Notes: generated from the letters alone by a model not told the origin. 64,000 nucleotides of DNA from Takakia lepidozioides (GCA_030704615.1 CM060731.1:25048001-25112000), one strand, 5' to 3'. Positions 26,303 to 38,732 are shown, counted from the stretch's first letter. Program-made: numbers and translations.

Positions 26303-29300
26303 TTCGAGAATTTTTAGATGACTTTGTAATCATCTATTTGGATGACATTTTGATATTTTCACAGAACGAAGAAGAACATGACCGCCATGTACACCTTGTC
26401 TTTGATAAATTAAGAGAAAGATGACTATATGCCAAGTTGAAGAAATGTCTTTTCCATCAATTTGAGGTCGAATTTCTGGGCTACATTATTTCCGGCAAAG
26501 GCGTCTTTATGGATCAGAAGAAAATACAAACCATCATCAAATGGATTAAACCAACTTCGGTCCGAAATGTACAATGTTTTCTGGGTTTTGCAAATTTCTA
26601 TAGAATCTTCATCAATGACTACTCCAAAATTGCTGCACCATTGATACGACTCACAGGGAAGGACAAATTTGTATGGGACGAGAAGGCTGACCAGACATTT
26701 GAAAGGCTGAAGCAGGCATTTACAACGGCTCCAATACTGGTACATACAGACCCATGTAAACCATTCTTCTTAGAAGCAGATGCATCGGACTTTGCACTTA
26801 GCGCGGTACTCTCACAATACGGTACAGATGGCCGACTCCACCCTGTTGGTTTTCGTTCTCGCAAATTTTCCGCTGCAGAGATCAATTATGAAATCCATGA
26901 CAAAGAACTTCTAGCGATTATCGATGCTTTTGAGGAGTGGCGTCATCTATTGGAGGGAGCTAAACATCAGGTCACTGTCTATACCGATCACAAAAACCTC
27001 GAATATTTTATGAGTGCTCGTGTTTTGAATCGACATCAAGCGAGATGGAGTATGTCACTAGCAAGGTTTGATTTTGTTATTACTTACCGTCCCGGACATC
27101 TTCAAGGAAAACCAGATGCTCTTTCTCGATGATCGTATATTGCGCCAAAAAAAGGGGATGCAACTTTTGACCAACAGAAATCCATCATCTTGAAACCAGC
27201 AAATCTCCAATTGAATATACTATCCATGTCCACCTATGACGATGCAGAGATCATAAAGGAGATTCAGGAAGCACTGAAGAGCGACCAATTCGCTATGACA
27301 CTACGAAGTCAACTAAATCGACCTCGAGACAACCCACATGTTACAAACGACTTCGAGTTCAAAGATGATTTACTTTATTTCAAGGGACTTCTCTATGTAC
27401 CTCCAGGATCTACTTGACTTCGAATTCTTCAAACATGTCATGATCTTCCGGCTGCAGGACATTTCGGCTTCAACAAAACAACGGAATTGATATACAGAGA
27501 CTACTGGTGGCCGCAGATGTGGAAACTCGTGAAAGAATTTATAAAATCTTGCGACACGTGTGCTAGAGCGAAGGGACCACGACATCGACCTTACGGCCAT
27601 TCCTAAGGGTCCATGGTCGTCCGTGTCTATGGACTTTATTACGGACCTTCCAATCTCCAAGACCACTGATTTAATCCTTGTTATTGTAGATCGTTTTACG
27701 AAGATGACACATTTCATTCCATGTAATAAGACAGTTACCAGCGAGAAAACTGCAAGACTCTTCCTCAATAATATCTACCGTATTCATGGATTCTCGAAGG
27801 ACATCGTATCTGATCGAGGACCACAGTTCATATCAAATTTCTGGAGGGGAATATTTCACATATTGGATACTAAGATCAACCTTTCTACAACTAATCATCC
27901 ACAGACTGATGGTCAAACCGAACGTGTAAACCAGATTTTGGAGCAGTATCTTCGCTGTACGATAAATTATCACCAAGATAATTGGACGGACCTTCTGTCA
28001 TTGGCTGAGTTTGCCTACAACAACACAATACATTCTTCGACCCAACAAACTCCATTTTTCTCCAATTATGGTCATCATCCTCGAGCAAACCCTTTCCACA
28101 TGAAGACTGTTGGAAGCCCTGCTGCAGAAAACCTTGCTACTCATCTTGCTACGATTCACAAAGAACTTACATTCCACCTCGCAGAAGCTCAAAAACAATA
28201 CAAGGAGTATGCAGATCAACGTCGCCAACTCCAACCCCAGTTCAAGGTCGGAGATCGTGTGTGGCTTCTTCGACGGGACATACAAACCTCGCAACCATCA
28301 ATGAAGTTGGATTATCAACGTCTGGGCCCATTCAAAATTATTCGACAAATAAATCCGGTCAGTTTTCGGCTTGAACTCCCACGAAGTATGCGCATCCATC
28401 CAGTCTTTCACGTTTCACTATTGGAGTTGTATCATCCATCGAATATTCCAGGGAGAGTTTCCGTACCACCTCCACCAATCGAAGTCAATCAGGAAATTGA
28501 GTATGAAGTCAACGAAGTCCTAGACTCTCGCATCAAGTATAAACATCTTGAGTATTTTGTACATTGGAAAGGCTACGACATCAGCGAACGAACGTGGGAA
28601 CCTTCATCCAACCTCGCCAATGCATCTGACAAAGTCCAAGAGTTTCATCAACGATATCCAGCTAAGCCCCGAGCTACACGTCAATAAGACGTCACAACGA
28701 TGATGTTAGCCAAGTTAACTTCAAGGTGAAGACTCCGCATTCAATGTACCTGATACACGCTAAGGAGGAAGGAGCACCACACATCAGTATATATAACTAC
28801 ACTTCCAGCATTCTTGCATCTTGTATTGGCAGTATGGAGTCGCATGAACCAGATACACTGGAGTTGTCGCTTACCCAGCTACTAGATCAGCCGTTCTGAC
28901 TCTCACGACCTTCAATATCACGCCGACGCTCTCGAGACGATGGGCCACCAATGCGACGCGTACTTCCTCGTCTGGACCCCGTACGACGGCAAATGGAGCC
29001 TACTCGAAGTTTGATAATTCTGTTGGAGGTTGAGGCTTCGGACCCAGAGGGCAACGAAATCATGTTTGAAAGCAGTTTCGAAATCAGAATGTTCAAATCA
29101 CTGCATGGTCCCAAATTCAAGGTGTTGGACACTATCGATGGTTGCAGGGACCTTTGAGTCAAGAACGAAGAGCTGAATACTTAGAAAGTACCATTCGTCG
29201 GATTTTGGATTTTCTCCAACTCTAAGCAAGTCTAAGATTTTACCGCTCCTCAAGGAACTCGGCGCTAGAAGAGGGGGTGATGTCACAGACATAGCCCAGA

Positions 29301-29922
29301 GGAACTTACCAGGAGTAAATATCAAAAGTTATCAAATTACCATGTTACCGAAAATTACCATGACTTACCGTGATTTACCATGATCTACCATGATCTACCA
29401 TGATTTATCATTACTTACCAAGTTACCGGAAGTTTACCAAATTACCAAGAGTAACTTGGGAAACTACTCAGGAAGATTCCTTTGGAAGAAACTTCTCCAT
29501 CAAGATACCTCATTTCTTTAAGGAAGCTTCTCCATCAAGAAACCTTTGTTTAATCTTGGAAACTTCTCCAGCACGCAACCTCCATAGGGGAAGCTTCTTA
29601 GGGAAGCTTCTTAGTAATCAGTATATATAAGAGGCGAGACTGGACACTCTTCAGTCTCGCCAACACCAGTTCAAGCTACTCTTGTTTCCAGTTCCCAGTA
29701 CCCTAGCCCAGTTTCCAGTATCTGGTACTCCAGTCCAGTTTCCAGCATTCCAGTATTCAAGTCGTGTTCCAATATCTTGTACTCTTGTTCATTGTTATAA
29801 AGATCGTCTTGATTCCTATTTACTCATCGTGCATTCGGTCATGCCGACCTTGACTTCTTGTCTAGCCTTGTACCTCTAGTCTTATCTCTTGTTTGTGTTC
29901 AGTCATATTCTCGTCCTTGACA
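26303..29922 (+). mobile_element. chromoviral Ty3/gypsy retrotransposon, 5'-truncated (RT-RNaseH-integrase-chromodomain, PPT, 3' LTR)
   Basis: [13 protein letters not shown] (~26320-26360), EADASDFA, YEIHDKELLAI, YTDHKNL; integrase SMDFITDLP, SDRGPQF, DGQTERVN, GPF; chromodomain EYEVNEVLDSR...YFVHWKGY...TWEP. PPT AGAAGAGGGGGTGA ends at 29280. Several premature stops and frameshifts. Confidence 0.95.
29281..29922 (+). repeat. 3' LTR of the chromovirus (642 bp)
   Basis: Begins TGTCA directly after the PPT and ends TGACA. TTACCATGA repeats in U3; TATATATAA at ~29622. Confidence 0.8.
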
Positions 29923-30401
29923 AGTATGGGCATGAAGAGGCCCATTGTTATGACTTGCATCCTGAGCTACGGCCAGGCCAGTTCCAAGGGAATAATGGTG
30001 GCCGCAGGTAACAGAGACAATGAGACCAGGAGCTGTGGAATGAATATTTTTCTGACCCCAGTCAATGGTGGGACAATCGAGGCAAAAGGTAAATGCCTGT
30101 TGGATTACAGAGAATAGCAAATGCAATTGAGCATAAGAACTAGTGTGATAAGTTGAGTTGGGTGTTTCCTAGAACAATTATAGGCTTTCATAGTCAGTTG
30201 CTAGCAACACGGAAAGGGTGAATGCATGATTTGTGCAAAGGCATGGATAGCTGAAGGAGCAGGGATAGAGTGTGGGTCCAGATTCATCTAAGAGGGCCAG
30301 ATTTCAAGCTCCACAATACATGTGATTCCCTGTGGATCAATAGCTACCAGAAACCTGCATGGGTAGATGGTCAACTGGCAGCAGCGGCACAATTGAGATA
30401 A
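29923..30401 (+). pseudogene. chimeric pseudogene: gag zinc-knuckle fragment of the DNMT-gypsy family joined to an intron-containing OSB-type PDF motif
   Basis: YGHEEAHCYDLHPELRPGQFQGNNGGRR*QRQ*DQELWNEYFSDPSQWWDNRGK, GT..AG intron (30089-30281), then IHLRGPDFKLHNTCDSLWINSYQKPAWVDGQLAAAAQLR*. Confidence 0.75.
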
Positions 30402-30929
30402 TCAGTCACTGCTAATGAAAACATCTTCTTCAGCACATTTCACCCTATTTTTCCCTCTTATTAGAATCGGCCCTAACTTTCCATGTTGAATTCTGCAAGT
30501 TAGCTGGTTGAGTGAATCTAGTGTCAAGTTAAATAAGCACAGTGTGAAAACAGCTAGAATAAAACTAGTTATTTGTATTTAACACTTGGATTTAGGTCAA
30601 GTGTTAAATCAGGTGTCAAGTTTAGTTTGACACCTGGTCCGTCTTATCTTCACGAGAGCGGCAGTCGCGCAGCTCATCTCTCTCGAGTTGAGCCTGCGCG
30701 ACCAAGCTCCTGCATGCGTTTAGATTTGAGTGTGCTTATGTAGGGGTACAGGTTGTTGTGGGGTGGAGTCCCCATAGCTTGGGGTGCCCCTGGCTCAACT
30801 TATGTTTTCAAAGAGTGATGTTGATGGATAACCTGTTTCTTGTGTTGAGAGTGTGTGTCCTTTCAAGCTTTCTTATCACTCGAGAGAGATCACTCTATCT
30901 AGTTTTCCAGTGCTAAACTAGATATGATG

Positions 30930-32500
30930 TTTTTGTTTTTTTTTTAAGCACTATTATAATATAGATGGTCATGGTCTTGTACACAGCTCAAGCAATGAGC
31001 ATAGAATGGCGCTAGCTGGAGTTTGTCTCACATCCCCAGTCGGACTCGGGGGGTATAGGTAGAAGAGAGAGTAATGGTGGTATGTCCAGATTCCTGTTGG
31101 CATTGGTGAGGTGTGTTTCCACTGTAGGGGCGCCGCCGCCTGTGGAGGATATGTCGATGGCAGCTGGTGGTGGTGTGATGTTAGGGCCCCCATAGAGCCC
31201 GCTACGGTGAATGAGAGCAGCGAATGGGGCAGCAGTGAATGGGAGTTCAAGTAGAGCCAGCGGCTGGTGAGCCTTTGGGTGTGCATTCTCTGCGATAATG
31301 GCCGCGCCTTGCCCTGTGGGTTGATTGAGCCTGCATGGGGGGGGTGGGTAGCTTTTCAAGTACCTTATTTGCATGCTCGTAGAAGAGTGCTAAGTTAGCA
31401 CCTAGATTCTTGGTGATGGAATACTGGAGCGACAGGAGGTCAGTGTGATGTCCTTCCTGCCGGGCGGCCATGCTGATTGAGACCCTATTTTCCATGGCCA
31501 CTCAATCCTCTTTGATATCTGTCTTGATGGAGATGGCCTGAGCGGTTAGTCGCTTGTTGATTTCTGCCATTAGTGAGTCGTGGCCTTGTTTTTTGGTTTG
31601 AGGTCGTCTTGGAGCTGATTCAGGCCCTTGGTCACTAACGTGAGCACGTCGTGTTCCGCTACGACTTCCTGGGGCATAACGGCGAGGCCAGTTACACTGG
31701 CACGACGTGAGCAGAGCTGCGGTTTTATGAGGGCAGTAATTGATAGGCCTGATGCTGGATCAACTGGAATACCCTTTGGGAGTTGAGTAAGTGGCCCGTC
31801 AATTCCAGCGGCAAGTTTATTGCCAGGTGAGGTGCCAAATCCTGCAAGTCGTGGCCTCTTGTCTTTTTGGAATCGGAATACGAGCTCCCTGTCATACTTT
31901 TAAGAGCGTTGGAGGAGCATTGAGGCCTGGGCTAGCAGCAGCCAAGGGCATTGCTGGTCTGGCTGAGCATGTAACCCAAGTATCGAGCAATGGAGGTAGC
32001 GGCCCCTGCTGGAGGATGCATATCCAAGATGCAGGGATGGTCTGGATGATGCTGGCATAACCTGCAATAGTGTGGCTTCAGATTGAGTCCACCGTGACTT
32101 GCAAGCACTCCCCATGAATGAACTTGTCCAAGCTTTTTATGCACTTGGAGTTTCTCGCATGAAGGTGTCAAGGTGCGGCAGTTTTGCTCATGTACGATGT
32201 GAAGGAGCGGCTGTGGCTTGTGTGCAGGCAATGTCACTGTTGTAGTATCAAGACTTTCAGTCTTTGCGACCGTGAGTGGCAGATCTTGCAATAATATTGT
32301 GTTGTAAAGCAGACGCATGTCTGTGAAGCCAGTAGAGGAAAGGACAGTGTGTAGCGACGTTGTGTAAGGAGAGTGCATCGTTGCTGTGAAGGAGCGGCTG
32401 TGGCTGTAAAGTAGAAAGGGAGGACGTTCGACGACGCCTCGTGTCGTGGTGTCAACGCATTACGGCGATCAGATTTCTCCTGTTCTGTGAAGAGCAGATC
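30930..32500 (-). pseudogene. degraded ORF, possibly LINE ORF1-like
   Basis: Chain of minus-strand partial ORFs with a Cys/His cluster (YCRLCQHHPDHPC), a coiled-coil-like stretch and a Pro-rich tail, ending near an A-rich tract. No diagnostic motif. Confidence 0.3.
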
Positions 32501-33248
32501 AAAGAGGATTGGTTTCTTGCTTCTATTCAGGCCGGTTACGTCTCTGGAGGGGAGCTAACCCGTTACTGTTCAGGGTGTGCACCTTCATTGTAGATAAACG
32601 AGGCGCTTTGGACCCTTTAACGAGGCTTGGCGTTGGACGCTTTGAAGTTGGTTGATTGCAAGCATGAGTAGAGAACATTACACAGGGGGATATGCATGTG
32701 GGCGAACCTTTTGCTGGTCAGGGCCTGCTGGTGTGAGAGCTGCTGCAGGCAGTAGCGTCGGCTGTTGGTGAGACGAGATAGAAGCACTTTGGGTCTTCAA
32801 TCCTGAGTGCCTCAGTACGTGAGCATTGTCCGCACCAGCTTGATTTTGCATAGACCTGGAGGGGAATGGCCTCGGGAACCCGTAGATAAACAGGGAACAG
32901 GGAACCAAGACAAGTATTTTTTTTATTTTTTTTTAAAAAAAAAGTTTTCTTTGTATTTGTTTTGTCTTATTTTTTTTTAAAAAGGGGAAAGAAAAGAAAA
33001 AGGTGTTATGTTTAAAGAGCCTGGTTGGTCATATCTTCGTCAAATGAGCTCCGTTTGACTCAGTTTTTGAGGGGATAGCTGCAGAAAGGGAAAAGCTACA
33101 TATCTAGACCTGGTTTTTTTGTTTTTGGGACTCTGCTAAAAATCTATGGAATTTTTAGAGTGTGAGTGTGCCATGAAAGATCCACAATCCTGTTTCTAGA
33201 ACCTGTTCTGGTCTACATGAGAGATAAATCTGGGGATGTACTCCTTGT

Positions 33249-34007
33249 ATGGCTGGGGGAAATGAGGACGTGATTGAAGGGCAGGTCTCTTCTCTTAGCC
33301 TGTGCACCAAAGGGGACAAGATTTATGTTTCCCAAGGAACTCAGACTGATTTGAGTGGAGAACAGTTAGACGAGTTGATTGCATACTGGGAGTCAGGCAT
33401 TAGTAGTGGACAACAAACTGCTGTAGTTGGCGTTGAGGGCCTCAATATCGCCTTGGACAGTCAGAACTCTGTTGGAGCCAGCAGTTCTGCAGCTATAGGT
33501 GAAATACCAAAGTGGGTGAAAGCTAGGCTTGGAACACAGCCAAAGATAGCCCCGGGGACCAAGGTGTTCAGCCACAAGGCCGTGGTGTACTGGAGCAGAG
33601 GAGCAGGAGCTACACAAGTTTGTGCAATCAGACATGGTTGCAGCCGGATACGCTCTGCACAGGGCAACCACGAGTGGGGGTTCATCAGCAATGACATGTT
33701 TGTTGTGCGTGAAGGAGATGCAATCATTCGCAATGAGGACACCTGCAACCGTCTCAAAGCTTTCGAGTTGAGAGACTATCAGACCCTACCTTTGTTTTCT
33801 TTAGTATTCAGTGAGCGGGAGATAGGGGAGTATTGCTTTGTCTCTACCTGGCAGAAAGAGGAGGAGGGTTGGTTAGAGCGAGCTATTGTAGTTTGGAACA
33901 AGGTTAGTGACAGGTTTCTGGACATAGATACCTCCTACACCTTACCATCATGCAGAGCGAGGCACTTTGAGAGAAGTCTGGCAGTTGATAGCATAGATCA
34001 GGATTAG
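33249..34007 (+). CDS. intact 252-aa intronless ORF of unknown function directly upstream of the DNMT-gypsy gag
   Basis: ATG to TAG with no interruption, globular-looking composition, same strand as gag-pol and ~500 bp before it. Confidence 0.5.
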   Translation: MAGGNEDVIEGQVSSLSLCTKGDKIYVSQGTQTDLSGEQLDELIAYWESGISSGQQTAVVGVEGLNIALDSQNSVGASSSAAIGEIPKWVKARLGTQPKIAPGTKVFSHKAVVYWSRGAGATQVCAIRHGCSRIRSAQGNHEWGFISNDMFVVREGDAIIRNEDTCNRLKAFELRDYQTLPLFSLVFSEREIGEYCFVSTWQKEEEGWLERAIVVWNKVSDRFLDIDTSYTLPSCRARHFERSLAVDSIDQD

Positions 34008-37000
34008 ATCTTGCTTGTCGGGCTTCTATTCTTCCCCTCCATCTCTGTACTATTTTCATTACCTTGTACTTGTAGTTGCCAAAGCCTCTCTTGGTGGAGG
34101 CCAGTCAGTCCGGGGTTTTGGGCTGGGCTATTCTGCAGGATCAGCATTGCAGCTGGATTTTGGTGTGGGGGTGTTGATGTTTTGATTTCTTGTGTTTGGA
34201 TCCCCCCCAACACCTGCATGCTTGACTGTGCGCCATGTTGGTTTGTGTGGGCGCTTGCTTTCATAGGGATTAGGCCGGATTTGATCACCGGTCAATCCTA
34301 GAGTATGCTGTCGGTGGTGAGGCTGGAGTGATGACCAGCAAGACCACCAGTGTTTCTTCTATGGTGAGGCTGGGTTGATGACCAGCCAACCATAGGAGTT
34401 CTTGCGGCGGATGCAGGTGCAGGTGCCCTGAGCCATTGGGATATGACCCTTAAACTGCAACAGGTGCCCACCCGTGTCACTATTAGATTAGTACTAGAGC
34501 CTTATAGTGTCACGTGGAGGAGGTGCACATTGTGAGTGTCATTACGGAGTTACCCAAGGGTTTTGAGGGGAGTACGGCTACAGGCAGTAACAGTGAGAGT
34601 GGGTTCACAAGACGAGGTATTCGGTTCAGACCACCTTCACCGCCACCCTCAATTACTATAGAGTCAGACACAGACTCGGAGGCTTCATCAACAGGTGTGC
34701 ACTTTCATTCGCCATTGTTGTGGGACGACATAGAGGAGATGTATAGAGCTACCAAGGGGCCTCGTAGGTACTCTAGAATTGTGGGCACAATTGAGTTGGA
34801 TGACTTTATCCAGGAGTTCGACGGCTGGTGTGATTTGCAGCAGATGCGCAATCCACAGCTATTCACCCCATTCATGGCGTTGGAAGGGACTGTTCCAGCA
34901 TTTGGAAGGCCCGCCTATGGACGATTACCACGAGTTCAGGCGAGGACATGAAGCAGAGATTGAGGAGTGGAGGATTGTATTGGTCACCTGACTACGTCTC
35001 CATTACTCGAGGCACGACGCGACCAGTAGCTGCATCAGTACCAATAGCTCCCACTGCCAGCACTAGTAGTGGAGCAAGTAGTGCTGGTACTTCTGCAGGT
35101 GGTACCAGTTCAAAATGTGCTACTACTCCTCTTGCCACGACTACAACACATGTGCCTAGATTCAACCCGGTGGTGGAGTTCTTCCAGGAGTTGCGGAGGA
35201 ACTACCAAGGTGTACGGACAGATAAGCTGCGAAGTTTGCAAGACTCCCAGTTGCAAACCCAGTGAGAGCTGCGAGAGGCGTACACTCGTATGAGGCGCTT
35301 GATAAGTGTGACCCAAGGGGTTACTGAAGCTCAGTCAATCCAGTTTTGGTATGGAATTCTGGACAAGGAGCTCAAGAGAAGGGTGCGAGATGCAACCCTG
35401 TTACAAGCAGCCCAACCCACATTAGCAGATGTGTTTCTGCTGGCTGAGCGGATTGAGCTCAACATGGTGGAGGAGCGAGTTGTTACATTGGATTTGGCAA
35501 GGACATGCCTGCACGGGGCACAGCTGTCAGCCCACAGGCACAAGGGACTGCCCAACAGCGTGGTCAGGGGGGCAAGGTTTGCCCAGCCCAAGTTCCATGG
35601 AGCTTACAGGGGACCTCAGGTGCAGAGGCCCGTGGCATCTTTTGCAGGCCAACAGCAACCAGGGGTGATATGTTGAACATGTGGAGGACCCCATGTCAAG
35701 AGAGATTGCCCAGAGAGTGGCAAAAGGCCGGCACAAGCACAGCCTGCACAGTTGCAGTGTGGGCATTGTGGCAAGTATGGGCATGGAGATGCCCAGTGTT
35801 ATGACTTGCATCCTGAGTTGCGCCCAGGCCAGTTCCAAGGGAACAATGGTGGCCGAGGGCGAGGTGGACCAGCCCAAAGAGGACGAGGTGGTCGGGCACG
35901 AGGTGCAGGCCAAGGGCAAGCTCCACATGGCCAAGGACGCGGAGGTCAGGGTGTTGACCAAGGCATGGCCAATCGGCTTCAGCAGCAGCTAGAGCAGAGG
36001 CTCGCTGCCATGGCTATAGCTCAGGCGGTACCGGCTCCCAGGCGGGATGGTCCACCTCCTGCTCCTGAGGGAGGAGATATGGGAGGCATGGGATTCATGT
36101 GTGGAGCAGCGCTACCACTAGAGCAGGTGGAGTCTGCTGCAGCCATGACTCGAGGAGCAGCACGAGTTCCTGAGCCACGAGGTGCAGAGGTGGAATTGGA
36201 TCCACAGCGTGGGGAGGCAAGCCGTCAGGCGAGGCTTCCTCAGTCATTCACATTGGCGGAGACTGTGTCGACGCCATCCATGGCACCTAGTTCTTGCCCG
36301 ACTGTTACCGAGGCGGAGGTTACTATGCCATTGGGGAGAGCTACACGTGCAGCATTGACTCCTGCTGCCAAGGCTAGTGCGGCCGGTGTGTTATTGGGGG
36401 TAGCCACCTCTGTGTGTCAGCCCCACTGTTCTCGGCAACAATGATTGCGACGCCGGGGTGAGACCAGCTGCAGTGTTCAGACTAGCAGCAACACTCTGTG
36501 AGAGTAGGGAGGTCACTTCATCTTCTGCGGAGTTAGTGGAAGGTGTAGTGGCAGAGGGATCCTCGGATTTGAGGGTCAAGACTGCCACGGCTGCGCCATG
36601 GCAAGCTGCAGCTGCCAGGTTGACAGAGCTGCCAGCTAGGCCAGCCTTTGAGCGCGCCACGGTGACACCTGGAGTTGTCTTGTTAGACAACCAGGGAGGC
36701 ATTTTCACTTTGAGTGGACCGGCAGGCAAGAAGTACCGGCCACGGTCGGGTCTTGTTGGACTCGGAGCTCAGCCACTGATGTTGGGCAGAGCTGCTATTG
36801 CAGGTTTGGGCCTCATGGAGGCGGATATGGAGCCTTGTCCTTTCCAGATACAGACATCTCTGGGAGGATCAGAGCAGGCTCGGGGCATGACACGGCATTA
36901 GTTGGCCATTAGACTGAGCAGCCGGATCATCCTAGAGATGGCTCAGTGATGCGAGCCAAGGCCATTGTGACAGACGCGATCTCTTACGATGTCCTTGTTG

Positions 37001-37352
37001 GTGGGGCAGTGTTATATCCATGGGCTTCACCCTGGACTTTTGGGAGGAGTCAGCATCCTACAGGCCTGGATGGCAGTCAGGCGATGGTCGCCGTGCACAG
37101 CTCCCTGTGACATTCATTGGGGGTATAGCGGCTGCCAGCGGGCAAGATGCCAACACTAGCCGCCTTTACAGCTGCAGTTAGTTGGCCTGGAGAGTTGCTG
37201 GAGGGCAATGCCCATGCAAAGGATGTGCCACCTCCAGCAGAGCAGGATGACATGCATGGTATGGCGGAGTTGTCTGCCATGGTTACTCACACTCCATTGT
37301 GGGGTACGAGCAAGGATTTGCAGCAAGCTGCTGATGGACGGGTGCAACAAGC

Positions 37353-38531
37353 TTGGGTAGAAGCTTTTCGTACCATCAGGAGGAGGAGAGTGCGGTGATT
37401 GCACCAGGACCACCCCAGTTGTCGCCATTGGACACCACACCTCTTGTGTGGCAGTGCCCGGATGAAGGCATATGCCTTCTGGACTTGTTTGGCGGGATCA
37501 GCACTGGATTGGCTGCAGTGCTGCAGGCAGGTATACAAGTTCGACGTTACCTGTATGTGGAGAGGGATGAGACTACACGACGCGTCTCACTGCGCCATGT
37601 TGCTCAGATGCTGCAGCAGTACCCTGAGTTGTTGCCGGTGTCTGCAGTTCGTGGATATCAGCAGGTCTTGCCAGCAGACATTGCGTTGTTGGGGGCGCAG
37701 GATTTGGAGCGGGTTGGCTCCATTGATCTGGTAGTGGCAGGTTGGCCCTGCCAAGGGCATTCATCAGCCGGGCATGGCAATGGATTGCTAGACTCAAGGA
37801 CGGGTCTGTTTTGGGAGTTGGTGCGGATTTTGCGCCACTTGCAGCTTCATCAAGCTGTATCTCCGGCATACATCTTGGAGAATGTGCCGCTGATGGGTGA
37901 TTCTCGGGCCAGGGTGATGGCCAGTGTGCATCAAGTCCGGTCGTGGCTTGGGTCAGCAGTGTTGCTGGATGTAGCTGCAGTGGGGTCACGAGCTCATCGT
38001 CCACGACTATGGTGGACTAACTTGATGCCACCCGCACTGCTCAAGCGTGCATTTGATGGGGTGCAGCGGCCAGCACACCTCACCGTGGATGGCATTTTGG
38101 ACACAGGAAGGCAGTCTCAACGTGTGAGACACGATGACCGTTCGTCTTTGGCAGTGGTCAACAGGGTGGGTCAACCACGAACAGCATTACCGACACTGCT
38201 CAGCTTCCCAGGATCCCATGCTTTTCGGGATGGTGGACCTGGCCTCCTGTGGGATGCTCAGTTGCAACAGTTAGTGGAGCCTAATGCCGACGAGCGAGAG
38301 CGGGCTATGGGGTTTTCCACTGGGACCACGGCGGTGCCTTCTCTTTCTGAGGCATCACGTCGTCAGGTGTTGGGGCAAGCAATGGATCTCAATTGCTTGA
38401 CCTGGATTATCAGCTTGGCTATGGCTGAGCAACGTAGAGTGCGGAGCGCACTTCCCTTGACGGTCTCTCTGCCTACCGAGACGGTACAGGCAGCGAGTGG
38501 GGGGCGAGCCGGTGAGGACCACGGGGTGTAG
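37353..38531 (+). CDS. C5 cytosine-specific DNA methyltransferase domain (DNMT3-like), embedded in retrotransposon Pol
   Basis: Motif I LDLFGGI (37479-37499), II VERD, IV DLVVAGWPCQG (catalytic Cys 37749-37751), VI YILENV (ENV 37878-37886), VIII AHRPRLWWTNL (~37992), IX ERERAMGF (~38292), X RRQVLGQAM (~38358). 392 codons without a stop. Confidence 0.95.
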   Translation: MGRSFSYHQEEESAVIAPGPPQLSPLDTTPLVWQCPDEGICLLDLFGGISTGLAAVLQAGIQVRRYLYVERDETTRRVSLRHVAQMLQQYPELLPVSAVRGYQQVLPADIALLGAQDLERVGSIDLVVAGWPCQGHSSAGHGNGLLDSRTGLFWELVRILRHLQLHQAVSPAYILENVPLMGDSRARVMASVHQVRSWLGSAVLLDVAAVGSRAHRPRLWWTNLMPPALLKRAFDGVQRPAHLTVDGILDTGRQSQRVRHDDRSSLAVVNRVGQPRTALPTLLSFPGSHAFRDGGPGLLWDAQLQQLVEPNADERERAMGFSTGTTAVPSLSEASRRQVLGQAMDLNCLTWIISLAMAEQRRVRSALPLTVSLPTETVQAASGGRAGEDHGV

Positions 38532-38732
38532 ACATCCATGGCACACGTGGAGGTGCTCGGAGGTCCAGAGGGAGTTGGCAGCCAAGGCAGCTGTGTGATG
38601 GATAAGGTTGGGGATTCTTCTCGGGTTGAGGAGGTTCTCAATGATGAGATGATGGGGCAGGATGAGGCCTTGTCATTGACTGAGCAGGAAGGGAGTACTG
38701 CTCAAGAGGTTGCAGCATAGCAACCACGGGAC

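Noticed and set aside
25824-26321. 165-aa ORF with SLED repeats
   Set aside because: Produced by the 21-bp tandem repeat in LTR-like DNA.
32400-33240. 5' LTR/PBS of the DNMT-gypsy element
   Set aside because: No recognisable PBS, and the partner LTR is hidden by the gap, so boundaries cannot be supported.
34011-34301. Cys/Trp-rich hydrophobic ORF between the orphan ORF and gag
   Set aside because: Non-ATG start, GT-rich compositional bias and no motif; probably non-coding leader.
37353-38531. DNMT as a bacterial restriction-modification gene (contamination) or as host DRM/CMT/MET1
   Set aside because: It is flanked seamlessly by gypsy protease and RT, has no own start codon or partner nuclease, has no introns or BAH/chromo/UBA domains, and its motif order is not permuted as in DRM.
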